Shown: positions 20,227 through 29,954 of the stretch, one piece after another | How positions within the stretch are numbered: position 1 is the first letter of the stretch | Layout: each line of letters starts with the position of its first letter | Virus record (IMG/VR): IMGVR_UViG_3300043772_001004 | Location: 38,736 to 102,735 of that record | Source: a virus | DNA: 64,000 bases | Direction: 5' to 3' (one strand) | Position numbers and translations under genes: made by a program | Notes under the pieces: generated by a model | Told to the model about the DNA's origin: nothing | What the model saw: only the letters and a program-made list of their open reading frames with translations | Database searches by the model: none

Positions 20227-22434
20227 TTATTGAGAATTACAAGGAATAGTTGCAGTACACCCACAAGATGATTGTCCGCATGATGGTGTATTTGGACAAC
20301 AAGGATTTACCACAGTACATTCATAGTCTGGATCTCTAAGTGCATCCAAATCTATAAGTTCCTTTTTGATTAACCATTTGTCAGTATCTTCTGGACAACA
20401 ATCTGATATACCATATCTTAAATAGAGTACTTGTTTGTAATATACTTCTGCAGACTTACAAGATATTTTTTCATATTTTGCTGTAGTACATGCTGGTGTA
20501 TTATATCCTGGTTGTACACTTCTTCTTGGATAAACAATTGCTGGACATTCCCAAACATCAGTTGATGTTTCCGTACAATTACCAAAGGTTTCTATATAGT
20601 CTGTTTCAGGATAATATTGTGCCCATGCGCGTATGCAGAATCTTTCAGAAGTTTCACCAGCTACAAGTGTAAATATTTGCAATCCAAGTTCACAATCATA
20701 GTATTGATATTCTTTAGTTGTAGTGCTATCATTTCTAACTGTTGTACAAATACAAGGGAATGTAAGTAAACATTCTTCACAGTCATTATATTCTACTTCT
20801 GGAATTACTATACCAGCATTTGTAGCCAATGGTGTTGTAGCTACTGACCAACAAGTTTCAGGACAATAGAGTATTTTAATTACATCTCCTACATATTGAC
20901 TAAGATCTGTATAAGTAATAATTGGATCTTTATATCCTGTACAATCTGTAAGCAAGTAATAATCCCTTGCACATTCTATACAATCTATATATGCTACATC
21001 TACAGTTATAGGTACGTCAGATGGTATGTCTTCTATTTCTTCTACATACCAACATCCAGGACAATCTAATCTAGTAATTACTTGACCAACATAAGCACTT
21101 AAATCTGTACTAGTATAAACTATAAGTGTTTGATTATCACAATTAGTTAGTTTATATTTTGGTGCATTTTGACATGTGGGACAGTCTTCATATGATTGTA
21201 ACACAGTTACATCTATTGCACAATCACATTCTGCAGTATCTGCAACTTCCCAACAAGTACCAGGATAACCATCAAGTACTACAATTTTACCTAAAATTGC
21301 ATATGGACTTAATGAAGGCTTAGTAGCATATATTGGATCTAAGATTCCAGCACAGTCTGTTAAAACAAAACACTCTGGTGGACAGCTCCATTCTCCAGTA
21401 GTTAAATCATTTTCACATGGTCCACTGCTAGTTACTACAGGAATATTTGGTGTTGGTCCTGGAATTACTGGATATATTTGTGAACATATTTGTAATTCCG
21501 GAAGAGTTAATGGTATACTTTCAATTTCTCCTGTTTCACAATTAAGATAAAATACAGCTTTAGCCTCCCCTATAATAGTATAACAAGTACATTCACAATT
21601 ACATTCTTGACCAATTACCTCTACTTCTACAGCATCTGCACAAGTTCCGGCTGTTGTTAATTGAACATAAAAACATCCTAATGATGGTTCCCCAATTAAA
21701 TTTATTTCTACAAACTCTCCTATATAGTCCTCAAGATCAGTGTATGTATTAAATGGAGGAATAGTACCGTCACATGAGTATAATCTATAACAAGGAACAT
21801 CACATCCTGGACATACTGTTGTATCATTACAATCTAATGCTTCTGTGTAATTAGCTGTACTATTAGCTGGTACATCTGGAAGATTACCATAATAAGTAGG
21901 ATCTTGTGTAGTAGCATTAGCTACTGTATAACAAGTATTTGTTTCTAATCCTTGATATGGAGCACCTGTATATAAATATGTTCCCGGTGCTATGCTAACA
22001 AAAGCTATTTTACCGGGACCAAATGAAAGAACTTCTAGTGTACAGCAATTTGTAAACTCATAGTATCTAAAACTTGTAAGGCAAGGTTCTGCTGCATTAA
22101 ATTCTATCTCTGCTTCAGTACAAAGAATTACATTATTAATATCTGTGTTATCATAAAATGCTGCAGTTACTATACATCCATTAGCACCATTAGAAATTAA
22201 ATTATTAAGTGTATATGATATTGTAACTACTGCATTATCTGGAAATGGTCCTGTTGCAACAAAATTAGATCCACCACCACAGGTAGTTCCAAAAACTACA
22301 TAACCATCTGTTCCAGAATTTAATTGTCCAGGAGGATTTATTATTGATATTTGACCAGTAATAGAATATAACCCAGTAAGTGGGTCACATGCTGATACTA
22401 TTGCCGTAAATGAACCTGGAACAACTACACACAT
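20227..22434 (-). CDS. Cys-rich repeat structural protein (735 aa)
   Basis: At least four ~70-aa repeats of Y-x-LTDC..YTxTDLSxYVG..CW-x-V. Confidence 0.6.
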   Translation of the reverse strand: MCVVVPGSFTAIVSACDPLTGLYSITGQISIINPPGQLNSGTDGYVVFGTTCGGGSNFVATGPFPDNAVVTISYTLNNLISNGANGCIVTAAFYDNTDINNVILCTEAEIEFNAAEPCLTSFRYYEFTNCCTLEVLSFGPGKIAFVSIAPGTYLYTGAPYQGLETNTCYTVANATTQDPTYYGNLPDVPANSTANYTEALDCNDTTVCPGCDVPCYRLYSCDGTIPPFNTYTDLEDYIGEFVEINLIGEPSLGCFYVQLTTAGTCADAVEVEVIGQECNCECTCYTIIGEAKAVFYLNCETGEIESIPLTLPELQICSQIYPVIPGPTPNIPVVTSSGPCENDLTTGEWSCPPECFVLTDCAGILDPIYATKPSLSPYAILGKIVVLDGYPGTCWEVADTAECDCAIDVTVLQSYEDCPTCQNAPKYKLTNCDNQTLIVYTSTDLSAYVGQVITRLDCPGCWYVEEIEDIPSDVPITVDVAYIDCIECARDYYLLTDCTGYKDPIITYTDLSQYVGDVIKILYCPETCWSVATTPLATNAGIVIPEVEYNDCEECLLTFPCICTTVRNDSTTTKEYQYYDCELGLQIFTLVAGETSERFCIRAWAQYYPETDYIETFGNCTETSTDVWECPAIVYPRRSVQPGYNTPACTTAKYEKISCKSAEVYYKQVLYLRYGISDCCPEDTDKWLIKKELIDLDALRDPDYECTVVNPCCPNTPSCGQSSCGCTATIPCNSQ

Positions 22435-22592
22435 TATTTAATAAATTTTTGTAAATTATCGTTGGGCTTATTAACTTTTAATTTTGCTTCATATTTTGCT
22501 AAACAATTAGCACAAACTTGTTGACCATCAGATGCTTTTCTTTTCTGACATCCACAAGATAATTTTGATTTGCAATTTCCACATACTGACAT
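22434..22592 (-). CDS. Small Cys-rich protein (52 aa)
   Basis: Not in track. MSVCGNCKSKLSCGCQKRKASDGQQVCANC...; TAATG overlap with the downstream gene. Confidence 0.7.
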   Translation of the reverse strand: MSVCGNCKSKLSCGCQKRKASDGQQVCANCLAKYEAKLKVNKPNDNLQKFIK

Positions 22593-22613
22593 AACTATTG
22601 GTTTTTATTTGGT

Positions 22614-23183
22614 TTAACAATTTGTACAAGACATTTTATTTAAAAGTTTAAGGGCATAATTGTATAAGCTCATACCTTTCTGTGGCTCAAGACAAAACTC
22701 TACCTTAGACTTTGCTGCTTGAAGATACATAAATATTAATCTAAGTTCTTCAAGTTTTTGTTGAATTTTATATGGGGGATCACATGCTGCAACATCTATA
22801 TCACAAAGAATTTTGTAATACTTATTTAGTGCAGCTGTCATTCTCATATGATTATACTCTACATATACAGTGTCATTTGGGGACACACTGTATTTTATAA
22901 TATATATACCGTCTGGTAAATTAAAATACTTAGTACCGCATTCTGTAGTTTGTAATTGTAAATCACATGCAGTTAAAGTTATGTGACCTGTATTAACAAA
23001 ATTAGTCATTGCAGTTCCTTCTATCTGGTTAGAATAACCAAATCCCGGTACTGTAACATTTAGTGTAGGGCATACTATTGGAATAGCAGGATCTGCTGTC
23101 TGATATACACTTGTGTCAAGTATCTTAAGAATGCATTCATTCATTACTTGAGGCACCTCTAAACTTAATACATGATTTGCCAT
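22614..23183 (-). CDS. Conserved structural protein (crAss-like)
   Basis: LPDGIYIIKYSV motif and C-terminal Cys; structural synteny. Confidence 0.55.
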   Translation of the reverse strand: MANHVLSLEVPQVMNECILKILDTSVYQTADPAIPIVCPTLNVTVPGFGYSNQIEGTAMTNFVNTGHITLTACDLQLQTTECGTKYFNLPDGIYIIKYSVSPNDTVYVEYNHMRMTAALNKYYKILCDIDVAACDPPYKIQQKLEELRLIFMYLQAAKSKVEFCLEPQKGMSLYNYALKLLNKMSCTNC

Positions 23184-23194
23184 AACTTTATTTT

Positions 23195-23236
23195 AAAAAT
23201 AAAGGGAGAGGAGTATAAACTCTCTCTCCCCTTTAT
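23195..23236 (-). terminator. Intrinsic terminator-like hairpin
   Basis: AAAGGGAGAGGAG / CTCTCTCTCCCCTTT inverted repeat with a T-tract on the minus strand. Confidence 0.55.
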
Positions 23237-23257
23237 CTATTTATTAACCTTTAATTC

Positions 23258-24922
23258 TTAGATTCCACACTGAGCTGGAAGAGCTGGGAATGCAATTGCT
23301 AAGCAATTTGAAAGACAAGCAAATGTCTCAATGTTACAGTCATTATCACAGTTTGTTAACCATGTGGTTACTGCAGCTTCAAATGCTGTAGCGGTAGTAG
23401 AATCAGTAAAGATAACTTCTAATAGGTATTGATCATTGTCAAATGTACCAGTTGGATTATTAAATCTTGGAACACTATGTTGCAAGTAATCTCTATAGTA
23501 GAGTGCTTGTCTGTTGATAGCATTTACAATTTGGTTACCTTGAGTGATCTCCCGGATTCTGAAATCAGAAGAGAAGAAATTTTGTCTGTAAGACTCAGAA
23601 AGAATAATATCTCTAAGAACTGACTCACCAAGACCCATTGCTTGAGATCCTAAACACTCATTAACTACACAAAGACCTGTAAATTCACATGGATCACCAT
23701 TTAAGTCTACTTCACTTACATGTAAATCAACTGGTTGTTTCTCATAGAAGTCAGAAATTTGGAAAGTACAATCTCCAAATCTAGTATCTACATAAGCACC
23801 ATTAAGGATCAAACCTGCACAAGCATTAGTTGTGTGTCCTGGAGATACATAATTATCCCAAGTATCAGCACCTTCAGCAGCTAAGAAAGTAGCATCTGTT
23901 CCTGGAGCATACCAAATAACACCAGTCTCATCTTGAATAGCAATCTGAATGAATGGAGATACAATTGGAGAGTTTAACAAGTCATTAGCCCAAAGGATCA
24001 TTACTTCAGTAGAATCTACTGGAGTTGGAGCAATAGTTCCTGCAGGACAACAACCAGTATAAGCAGTTGCAGTATAGTATGCATTGTGATTTAAGAATCT
24101 CAAAGCTGGAGAACCTTTAACATCTAAACGAAGATTATAAGTCTCACCACATAAAAACTCTTTACAACAATTTGTTCCAGGGATAACTGGATCAATTGCA
24201 GGAGTAACAAATACAATAGTGTATACAGCAAGAGTACCAGGTGTTCCAGAAGGAGAATTAATTGTTACAGTATCACCAACTTCATAACCCTTACCAAGAC
24301 TTGCAATTCCTGTTACAGTTGGTACACCAGCAGCAATTGTAATAAACAATGTAAGACCAGTACCAGTACCTGATGTAGTTACTGTATCAACAACTACAGC
24401 TGTTGCAGAGTTAGGTGCATATCCAACACCTGGAGTAGTAACAGAACCAGTTGTTACACCACCACCTAAACTAGAATAAGTAGAACCAACGTGTACTACA
24501 TTGTTAGATGGAGGACAAGAATCTACACCATAAAATCTAGATACATATCTAGGATTGATTAATTTAGATTTGTTAGTCTCTTGGTATCCACCTAAGAACG
24601 GACTAATTTTGTCCTCACAGTAGATTGCAGAACCTACTAAGTAAAGTGGACAACATGTAGTTAAATCTCCAGTAGATACAGAAACCATATTTTTTGTAAA
24701 TAATCCAACATAATTGTTAGAGTAATTACCTTGTGAAATAGTTGCTGCTGCAGCCAACTGATTCATAACAATAGTTGGTAAAAGAGAAGATGCAGTACTC
24801 AAAAATCCACCAACTGCTGTTGCTGGACCAAGAGATGCACCAGCTGGATTTGTAGCTGTTATGGTAATATCATCACCAGTAGCTAAAAACGTTTTCTTAA
24901 ACGCATGATTAAAATAAGCCAT
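23258..24922 (-). CDS. Structural protein (auxiliary capsid/decoration-like)
   Basis: 554 aa, Thr/Gly/Cys-rich; PGVGY and GKGYEVGDTVTI repeats; own promoter-like motif and terminator. Confidence 0.5.
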   Translation of the reverse strand: MAYFNHAFKKTFLATGDDITITATNPAGASLGPATAVGGFLSTASSLLPTIVMNQLAAAATISQGNYSNNYVGLFTKNMVSVSTGDLTTCCPLYLVGSAIYCEDKISPFLGGYQETNKSKLINPRYVSRFYGVDSCPPSNNVVHVGSTYSSLGGGVTTGSVTTPGVGYAPNSATAVVVDTVTTSGTGTGLTLFITIAAGVPTVTGIASLGKGYEVGDTVTINSPSGTPGTLAVYTIVFVTPAIDPVIPGTNCCKEFLCGETYNLRLDVKGSPALRFLNHNAYYTATAYTGCCPAGTIAPTPVDSTEVMILWANDLLNSPIVSPFIQIAIQDETGVIWYAPGTDATFLAAEGADTWDNYVSPGHTTNACAGLILNGAYVDTRFGDCTFQISDFYEKQPVDLHVSEVDLNGDPCEFTGLCVVNECLGSQAMGLGESVLRDIILSESYRQNFFSSDFRIREITQGNQIVNAINRQALYYRDYLQHSVPRFNNPTGTFDNDQYLLEVIFTDSTTATAFEAAVTTWLTNCDNDCNIETFACLSNCLAIAFPALPAQCGI

Positions 24923-24988
24923 TTTTTTAAATTTTAGTTAAACATAAATATATATTATAATATAGTAAAAATATTTCTAACTCCAAAA

Positions 24989-25447
24989 TTATTTTAAGAA
25001 AAGTAATTTATACTTTCCAGAGTTAATAGTATCTTTTACTGTATCTAATGAGTTTACAATTTCTGAATAAGGCATTTTAGCTTGTAAGGTATTTATCATT
25101 TGATACATATCTCTTAGGTAAGCAATACCTTCTTCAACTGTATTTAAAGTTCTTGGTGCAGATTCTTTGTAATCAAGAAGTTTTTCTGAAGCACCTTGAT
25201 ATCCTTCTGCAAGATCATCTGCATGACCAGGAAGAGCATCATATAATTCATTCAATGCTTTGTGTGCAGCATATGATCCTGCACCTTTTACTTTTAAGTG
25301 TAGTTTGTGAATACTAGTTGCAGCATTCATTAATTCTGATACACAAGCTGCAGTCATTGTATCACAATTAGCTGATCCAGCAGAAGGCGCACTTGAGTAA
25401 GATGCTGATGTCATTGCATCTCTTTTTAACATTCTAGGTTTTTCCAT
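24989..25447 (-). CDS. Ferritin/Dps-like four-helix bundle protein (DUF5856-like)
   Basis: HKLHL..GSYAAHKALNELYD..DDLAEGYQG..YKL pattern of phage Dps-like proteins. Confidence 0.75.
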   Translation of the reverse strand: MEKPRMLKRDAMTSASYSSAPSAGSANCDTMTAACVSELMNAATSIHKLHLKVKGAGSYAAHKALNELYDALPGHADDLAEGYQGASEKLLDYKESAPRTLNTVEEGIAYLRDMYQMINTLQAKMPYSEIVNSLDTVKDTINSGKYKLLFLK

Positions 25448-25450
25448 TTT

Positions 25451-26152
25451 TTAGTTGTTTCTTTCTGCAGTTTCTTGTGCTCTAGAGAACTGGTTTCCAG
25501 ATTCTATATCTCCAGCTAAAATACTTACTGCTTCATCAATTAGTAATTCTATTATATCATCTTTAAATTCACATTCTACATTTACTGTAGATTGAACTCC
25601 TGTATAAGGATCTGTGCAACCTTGAATTTGTATCTTTCTAGGTTGTCTATAGTATGTAAGTTCTACCTCTGGGATGTTAAATTCACCATTAGTGTAGATA
25701 TTAATACTGTCATTTATTAAAGTAGCAAATGTTTCTGCCCACTCAAAGCTTGGTTTTTTTAATGCGTCTCTAAGAAGTATAGATACATTACCTTCTTCTG
25801 CAAGATATATTACCATTCTTCTTTTATTACAACAATCTCTTTGAGCAAATACATCTACTCTTTTCCACTGTAGATAATTTCCGGGAATACTTAAAAAAGA
25901 ATAATCCCCTTTATCTGTTAAATTAGTTATAGTAGTTTTATTAAGAAGAACTTGTAAGTCATCTTTTCTCCGGGTAGATTGCTCATCACCTTCTTTTACT
26001 ACATTGATACCATGAAGCTGTCTTCTAGCCCATTCTACTTGAGCCTTATTAAAAGACTCAACTACTTGCCAGCAGGTTATGTTATCATAATCCTGACTAT
26101 CAAGCTTATTCAGCCTTTGTTTCATCTTTATGGTAATAGTACTATTTAACAT
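25451..26152 (-). CDS. Head-tail ring/adaptor protein (crAss-like)
   Basis: LNKLDSQ..FNKAQ..EQSTRRKDDLQVL..LTYYRQP pattern; synteny. Confidence 0.65.
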   Translation of the reverse strand: MLNSTITIKMKQRLNKLDSQDYDNITCWQVVESFNKAQVEWARRQLHGINVVKEGDEQSTRRKDDLQVLLNKTTITNLTDKGDYSFLSIPGNYLQWKRVDVFAQRDCCNKRRMVIYLAEEGNVSILLRDALKKPSFEWAETFATLINDSINIYTNGEFNIPEVELTYYRQPRKIQIQGCTDPYTGVQSTVNVECEFKDDIIELLIDEAVSILAGDIESGNQFSRAQETAERNN

Positions 26153-26155
26153 TTT

Positions 26156-26767
26156 TTATTTTCTTTTTCTTTTATTAGAGCCACCTCTCTTATATAACTT
26201 CATTCCAGCTCCTGTATCCTTATCTACAGCAGCATTTTCAGACCTTCTCAGTGCACTATTTACATCAATATCTTGATCATTCCAATTAATATTTTTTCCC
26301 TCATATTTAACAGTTCCATTTTTACCCGTTAAATTTCCATATTCTTTATTTCTTTTTTGAACAAATTCATCACTTGATCTTGCCAAATTTTCAAGTCTTT
26401 CTCTTGCTGCTTGTTGTTTTTGAAGTTTAGTATACCCTTTGGCATTTGGATCAGGATTATAATAACCTCTTCCTGGCATTTGTTTTGATCCACTATCTTC
26501 AGATAAGAATGGACCATTCCAAGAATCTTTTGTTGTTAATGGATATTGTTTATCCATATATTTTGAATCTTCTTCATTCAAAGGACCTTGATATACATTT
26601 CTAATACCTCTTTCTTGTAAAGTTGGTATACCATATAAACCACCACCATTATCTTTTTTAGGTAATGACTTCTTATACTTAGACATTTCTCCACCAGCTT
26701 TCTTAATAGCAGCAGCTTTAAGATTATTAAAGTGAGTAAGTGGATTTACTTTATTATTTTTTTTCAT
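26156..26767 (-). CDS. Basic hypothetical protein with xGG motifs
   Basis: KKAGG, KDNGG, YKRGG; Lys-rich termini. Confidence 0.6.
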   Translation of the reverse strand: MKKNNKVNPLTHFNNLKAAAIKKAGGEMSKYKKSLPKKDNGGGLYGIPTLQERGIRNVYQGPLNEEDSKYMDKQYPLTTKDSWNGPFLSEDSGSKQMPGRGYYNPDPNAKGYTKLQKQQAARERLENLARSSDEFVQKRNKEYGNLTGKNGTVKYEGKNINWNDQDIDVNSALRRSENAAVDKDTGAGMKLYKRGGSNKRKRK

Positions 26768-26769
26768 GA

Positions 26770-27126
26770 TTATTTATTTTTAGCCATTTTTTTAAATGTT
26801 CTAGCAAGAGCTTTTCTCTTAGGTGTACATGTAGGTTTAGACATAGGAGTACAGTAACCTTTATGTTTAGGGTTTACTGCTTTTTGAATCCACTTCTTAT
26901 CTGTTGCTCCACCTTTTTTAGCTTTATAGATTTGTGGTTCTTTAGCCATTGGTGGTTCATCAATTTGAATTGATGGTTTATTAACACCTCTCAATACTCC
27001 TTTAAGTGTTCTTGTTTCTTTAACACTTTCAGGTGAGCCATATCTTTTTTTAACTACTGTTTTGTAGTTACCATCTGGAGAATAAAACTTTTGTTTTGCT
27101 TCTCTTGGACTTTTTTTATCAGGCAT
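26770..27126 (-). CDS. Small basic protein
   Basis: AKKGG; KKWIQKAV..LARTFKKM. Confidence 0.65.
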   Translation of the reverse strand: MPDKKSPREAKQKFYSPDGNYKTVVKKRYGSPESVKETRTLKGVLRGVNKPSIQIDEPPMAKEPQIYKAKKGGATDKKWIQKAVNPKHKGYCTPMSKPTCTPKRKALARTFKKMAKNK

Positions 27127-27171
27127 GACTTTACTTTTTTACTTTACCTTTTCCTCTACAGCTACACATGA

Positions 27172-27522
27172 TTATTTCTTTTTACGTGCATTTTTCTTAG
27201 CTCCAGCAATTCTATCTGCAGCAGTAGCTTTATCATATGGAGGAGCTAAAGCAGCAAACTTTTTAATAGCACCACCTGATTTAAATTTTCTATCACCACA
27301 ACTACCATCGGGCATTCTCACATTACCACCTTTACAAATAGGTAATGATGAACTACCACCTTTCTTCATCATCATAGGACCAGTAGTACCACTCATAGCA
27401 ACACCATTTTTATTAATGATATCTTTTAATGTAGCAGCTCCACCACTTTTCATTTTCTTTATTGGTTTTGTTGCAGCACCACCAGATTTCATTTTACCAC
27501 AACCCATTTTACAAGTTTTCAT
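27172..27522 (-). CDS. Small basic protein with five K-(x)-GG motifs
   Basis: MKSGG twice, MKKGG, CKGG, FKSGG. Confidence 0.65.
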   Translation of the reverse strand: MKTCKMGCGKMKSGGAATKPIKKMKSGGAATLKDIINKNGVAMSGTTGPMMMKKGGSSSLPICKGGNVRMPDGSCGDRKFKSGGAIKKFAALAPPYDKATAADRIAGAKKNARKKK

Positions 27523-27538
27523 AATTACATATATTAAA

Positions 27539-27820
27539 TTAACAATTCCACTTTCTTAAAGACTTATTGATTCTAGAGTTAGGATCATTAGCTGTCTTTG
27601 AGCTTGTTAGTTTTTTCTTCATTCCTGACATTCTTGCACAGAAACTTTTACGTCTTCCTGCAGCTTCACTTCCAGGTTTTAGTTTAGATGGTTTAGTAGT
27701 TACAGCTGTCTTAAGTTTACTACCAGGATTAGCTGCTCTATAACTAGCCACTCCTTTAGCATTAAGACCTCCTTCTGGGTTCTTACCTGCTTTTCTTTGC
27801 CATGCGGGTGACTTTGCCAT
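27539..27820 (-). CDS. Small basic phage protein (RRKSFCARM type)
   Basis: GKNPEGGLNAKG..RRKSFCARM..SRINKSLRKWNC. Confidence 0.7.
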   Translation of the reverse strand: MAKSPAWQRKAGKNPEGGLNAKGVASYRAANPGSKLKTAVTTKPSKLKPGSEAAGRRKSFCARMSGMKKKLTSSKTANDPNSRINKSLRKWNC

Positions 27821-28046
27821 CTTTTTTCTTTTTAGGATAAGGATTTTCTCTATGCCATTTCTTTGTTGCTGCTATACCTTGTTTAATAGTCTTTGCTCCT
27901 GACTTTTCTGTTAGATCAATAGTGTCCCACTTTCCTTTGTCTTTAGTAGGATGATTAACCATAATATTGCCTACTTTTCCTTCTCCTTTTTTAGTAGTCT
28001 TTTTATAGATCTTATGTTTCTCTCCACCAGCAGTTACTCTTGCCAT
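27783..28046 (-). CDS. Small basic protein
   Basis: Lys-rich ORF in tight operon. Confidence 0.6.
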   Translation of the reverse strand: MARVTAGGEKHKIYKKTTKKGEGKVGNIMVNHPTKDKGKWDTIDLTEKSGAKTIKQGIAATKKWHRENPYPKKKKDGKVTRMAKKSR

Positions 28047-28048
28047 GA

Positions 28049-28285
28049 TTAAAACTTTTTACCAGCTGCAATACTATTAAACTCTTTAGCTTTTTCTGCT
28101 GCTAATTTCTTAACATCATTCATAAGCTTTGCATTCTTCTGAATTTCAGAAGCTCTTTGTAATGTAGACATAGCAGATTCAATTTCCCATTTTCTTTGTT
28201 CTGCTTTACCACCTCCAAAAATAGAAATACCAACTGAAGAACTTTTCTTAGCTGGTGTTGATTTAGTTGTTTTCTTAATTGCCAT
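28049..28285 (-). CDS. Small basic protein
   Basis: Lys-rich N-terminal tail, helical C-terminus. Confidence 0.6.
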   Translation of the reverse strand: MAIKKTTKSTPAKKSSSVGISIFGGGKAEQRKWEIESAMSTLQRASEIQKNAKLMNDVKKLAAEKAKEFNSIAAGKKF

Positions 28286-28287
28286 AA

Positions 28288-28626
28288 CTATACTTTTTTA
28301 ACTCTACTTCCCATTCCTACTCTTGATTTCTCAGCTTTCTTAGCAGCTAGTTTAGAAGGAGTTAGTTCATACTTTGTTTTAGGTGTATCCTTAGATACTC
28401 TTTTTGTAGGCCGGCAGTATTCATTTTTACCACCGGCACCACAAGCTTTTCCTGATTTAGTATCTTGCCATTTCTCAGCTTGCCATCTTTTTAGTTCTGC
28501 ACCTTTCTCAGTCTTTCTTACTTGACCTTTACCTTTACGGCATTTGGCAATAGCTTGAGAAGCTCTAGCAGAAGGGAACACAGCATACCGTGCTTTTACA
28601 CTATGATAGCAAGAATCTTTAGGCAT
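28288..28626 (-). CDS. Small basic Cys-containing protein
   Basis: KDSCY..FPSARAS..LKRWQAEKW..YCRPTKRVSKDTPKT. Confidence 0.65.
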   Translation of the reverse strand: MPKDSCYHSVKARYAVFPSARASQAIAKCRKGKGQVRKTEKGAELKRWQAEKWQDTKSGKACGAGGKNEYCRPTKRVSKDTPKTKYELTPSKLAAKKAEKSRVGMGSRVKKV

Positions 28627-28628
28627 TA

Positions 28629-28841
28629 CTATTTCTTTTTAGCACCACCTCTTTTCATCATGCCTGGTTTCATAGACATGCCATTCTTAGCTTTTGGAGT
28701 AACAATAGCTTTAGGATTTAAGCCAACTGTAGTTCCTTTAGATCCAGGAGTTTTATCAACTAAAATTTTAGCATTAGAGTTTGCCATACCACCTGTTTTC
28801 ATCATTGTTTTGCCATACATGGCTTTACCCATTTTTTTCAT
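28629..28841 (-). CDS. Small basic Met/Lys-rich protein with xGG motifs
   Basis: MKTGG, AKNG, MKRGG. Confidence 0.6.
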   Translation of the reverse strand: MKKMGKAMYGKTMMKTGGMANSNAKILVDKTPGSKGTTVGLNPKAIVTPKAKNGMSMKPGMMKRGGAKKK

Positions 28842-28853
28842 TTTATTTTAATT

Positions 28854-29879
28854 TTATGTGTTCCAATATCTTTCACAAGATGTAATTAAATCTTTAAGAA
28901 TATCCTCATTTAAAGGATTCTTTAAATACTCTATTACATCTGATACATTTCTACCAAGTAAGCTGTTAGACTTAGAATGATAAATATGACCATCTGCTTT
29001 ATTAATAATATACTTAAAAAATACGGAATCTCTAACAACTGATTTAATTTTTAGTGTCTCCATATCCATATTTACTGCATCAATGAAAGTTTTGCATGCT
29101 CTTTCTTTGTTGCTTTCTCCACCATCACCATTTATGTATAAGTCCATATTTTCATAAATGACATCATTTGGAGTAGATTTTCTATACTGTGTGCTATTAA
29201 TATCTACTACTTTAGCAACATAGAATAGTTTTGTACTGTTCTTGTCATATAACTTCTGTAATTCAGAAAGTGCTTTATTACGCATTTTCTTGTACTCAGT
29301 TCTAACCATTACAGTTTCTTCTTCTTTATCTAAATAAAACTTTGGTGGTTTAGATTTTGATCTTGCATCTTCATAGCTTTTTGCTACAATAGAAAAACCT
29401 CCAGCCTCAATAGCATAAAGTCTAACTCTATCAAAAGGATCTTTTGGATCAAGATAAACTGGCTCATTACCACATTTAATATCTATCTTATTCCAGAAGT
29501 CTTTGTTATTTGGAGTAAGTAATTTTACTTTATTCCAAAAATCTTTATCATCAATATCAATAACATTTGCTGCTAGTTCTCTTTCTAGTTCAGCAATTGC
29601 TGTTCTGATTTCTTTAATCTTAGCTGCTTTTTGTTCATCAGGTAACATTTTAATCTCAGGTGCAAATTCATTTAAACCTGTGATATATCTAATTACCCCA
29701 TTAACTTCCAAACAAGCTAATTGTTCATGGTGTTTAACTCCATCAAACAATACTTGGTCATAAGTTTCAAGCCCCATGTTAGAAGCATTTTTATCAAAGA
29801 ACGGTCTAATAGCAATAGCTGTTTTTCTTGCGGTGGCAGCTTTGTTAATTTCCACCATTGTAAATTCTGAATTTTCCAT
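28854..29879 (-). CDS. Conserved protein downstream of MCP (crAss-like capsid module)
   Basis: Synteny; YITGL..FW..YLDPKDP..IEYLKNPLN pattern. Confidence 0.6.
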   Translation of the reverse strand: MENSEFTMVEINKAATARKTAIAIRPFFDKNASNMGLETYDQVLFDGVKHHEQLACLEVNGVIRYITGLNEFAPEIKMLPDEQKAAKIKEIRTAIAELERELAANVIDIDDKDFWNKVKLLTPNNKDFWNKIDIKCGNEPVYLDPKDPFDRVRLYAIEAGGFSIVAKSYEDARSKSKPPKFYLDKEEETVMVRTEYKKMRNKALSELQKLYDKNSTKLFYVAKVVDINSTQYRKSTPNDVIYENMDLYINGDGGESNKERACKTFIDAVNMDMETLKIKSVVRDSVFFKYIINKADGHIYHSKSNSLLGRNVSDVIEYLKNPLNEDILKDLITSCERYWNT

Positions 29880-29912
29880 TTTTTTGTTGGTTTTAAATTT
29901 TAAAAAATAAGT

Positions 29913-29941
29913 AAAAAGAGGGAGCTTTTACACTCCCTCTT
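29913..29941 (-). terminator. Intrinsic terminator after major capsid gene
   Basis: AAGAGGGAG/CTCCCTCTT stem followed by T-run on the minus strand. Confidence 0.6.
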
Positions 29942-29954
29942 ATACTTTGATCTA

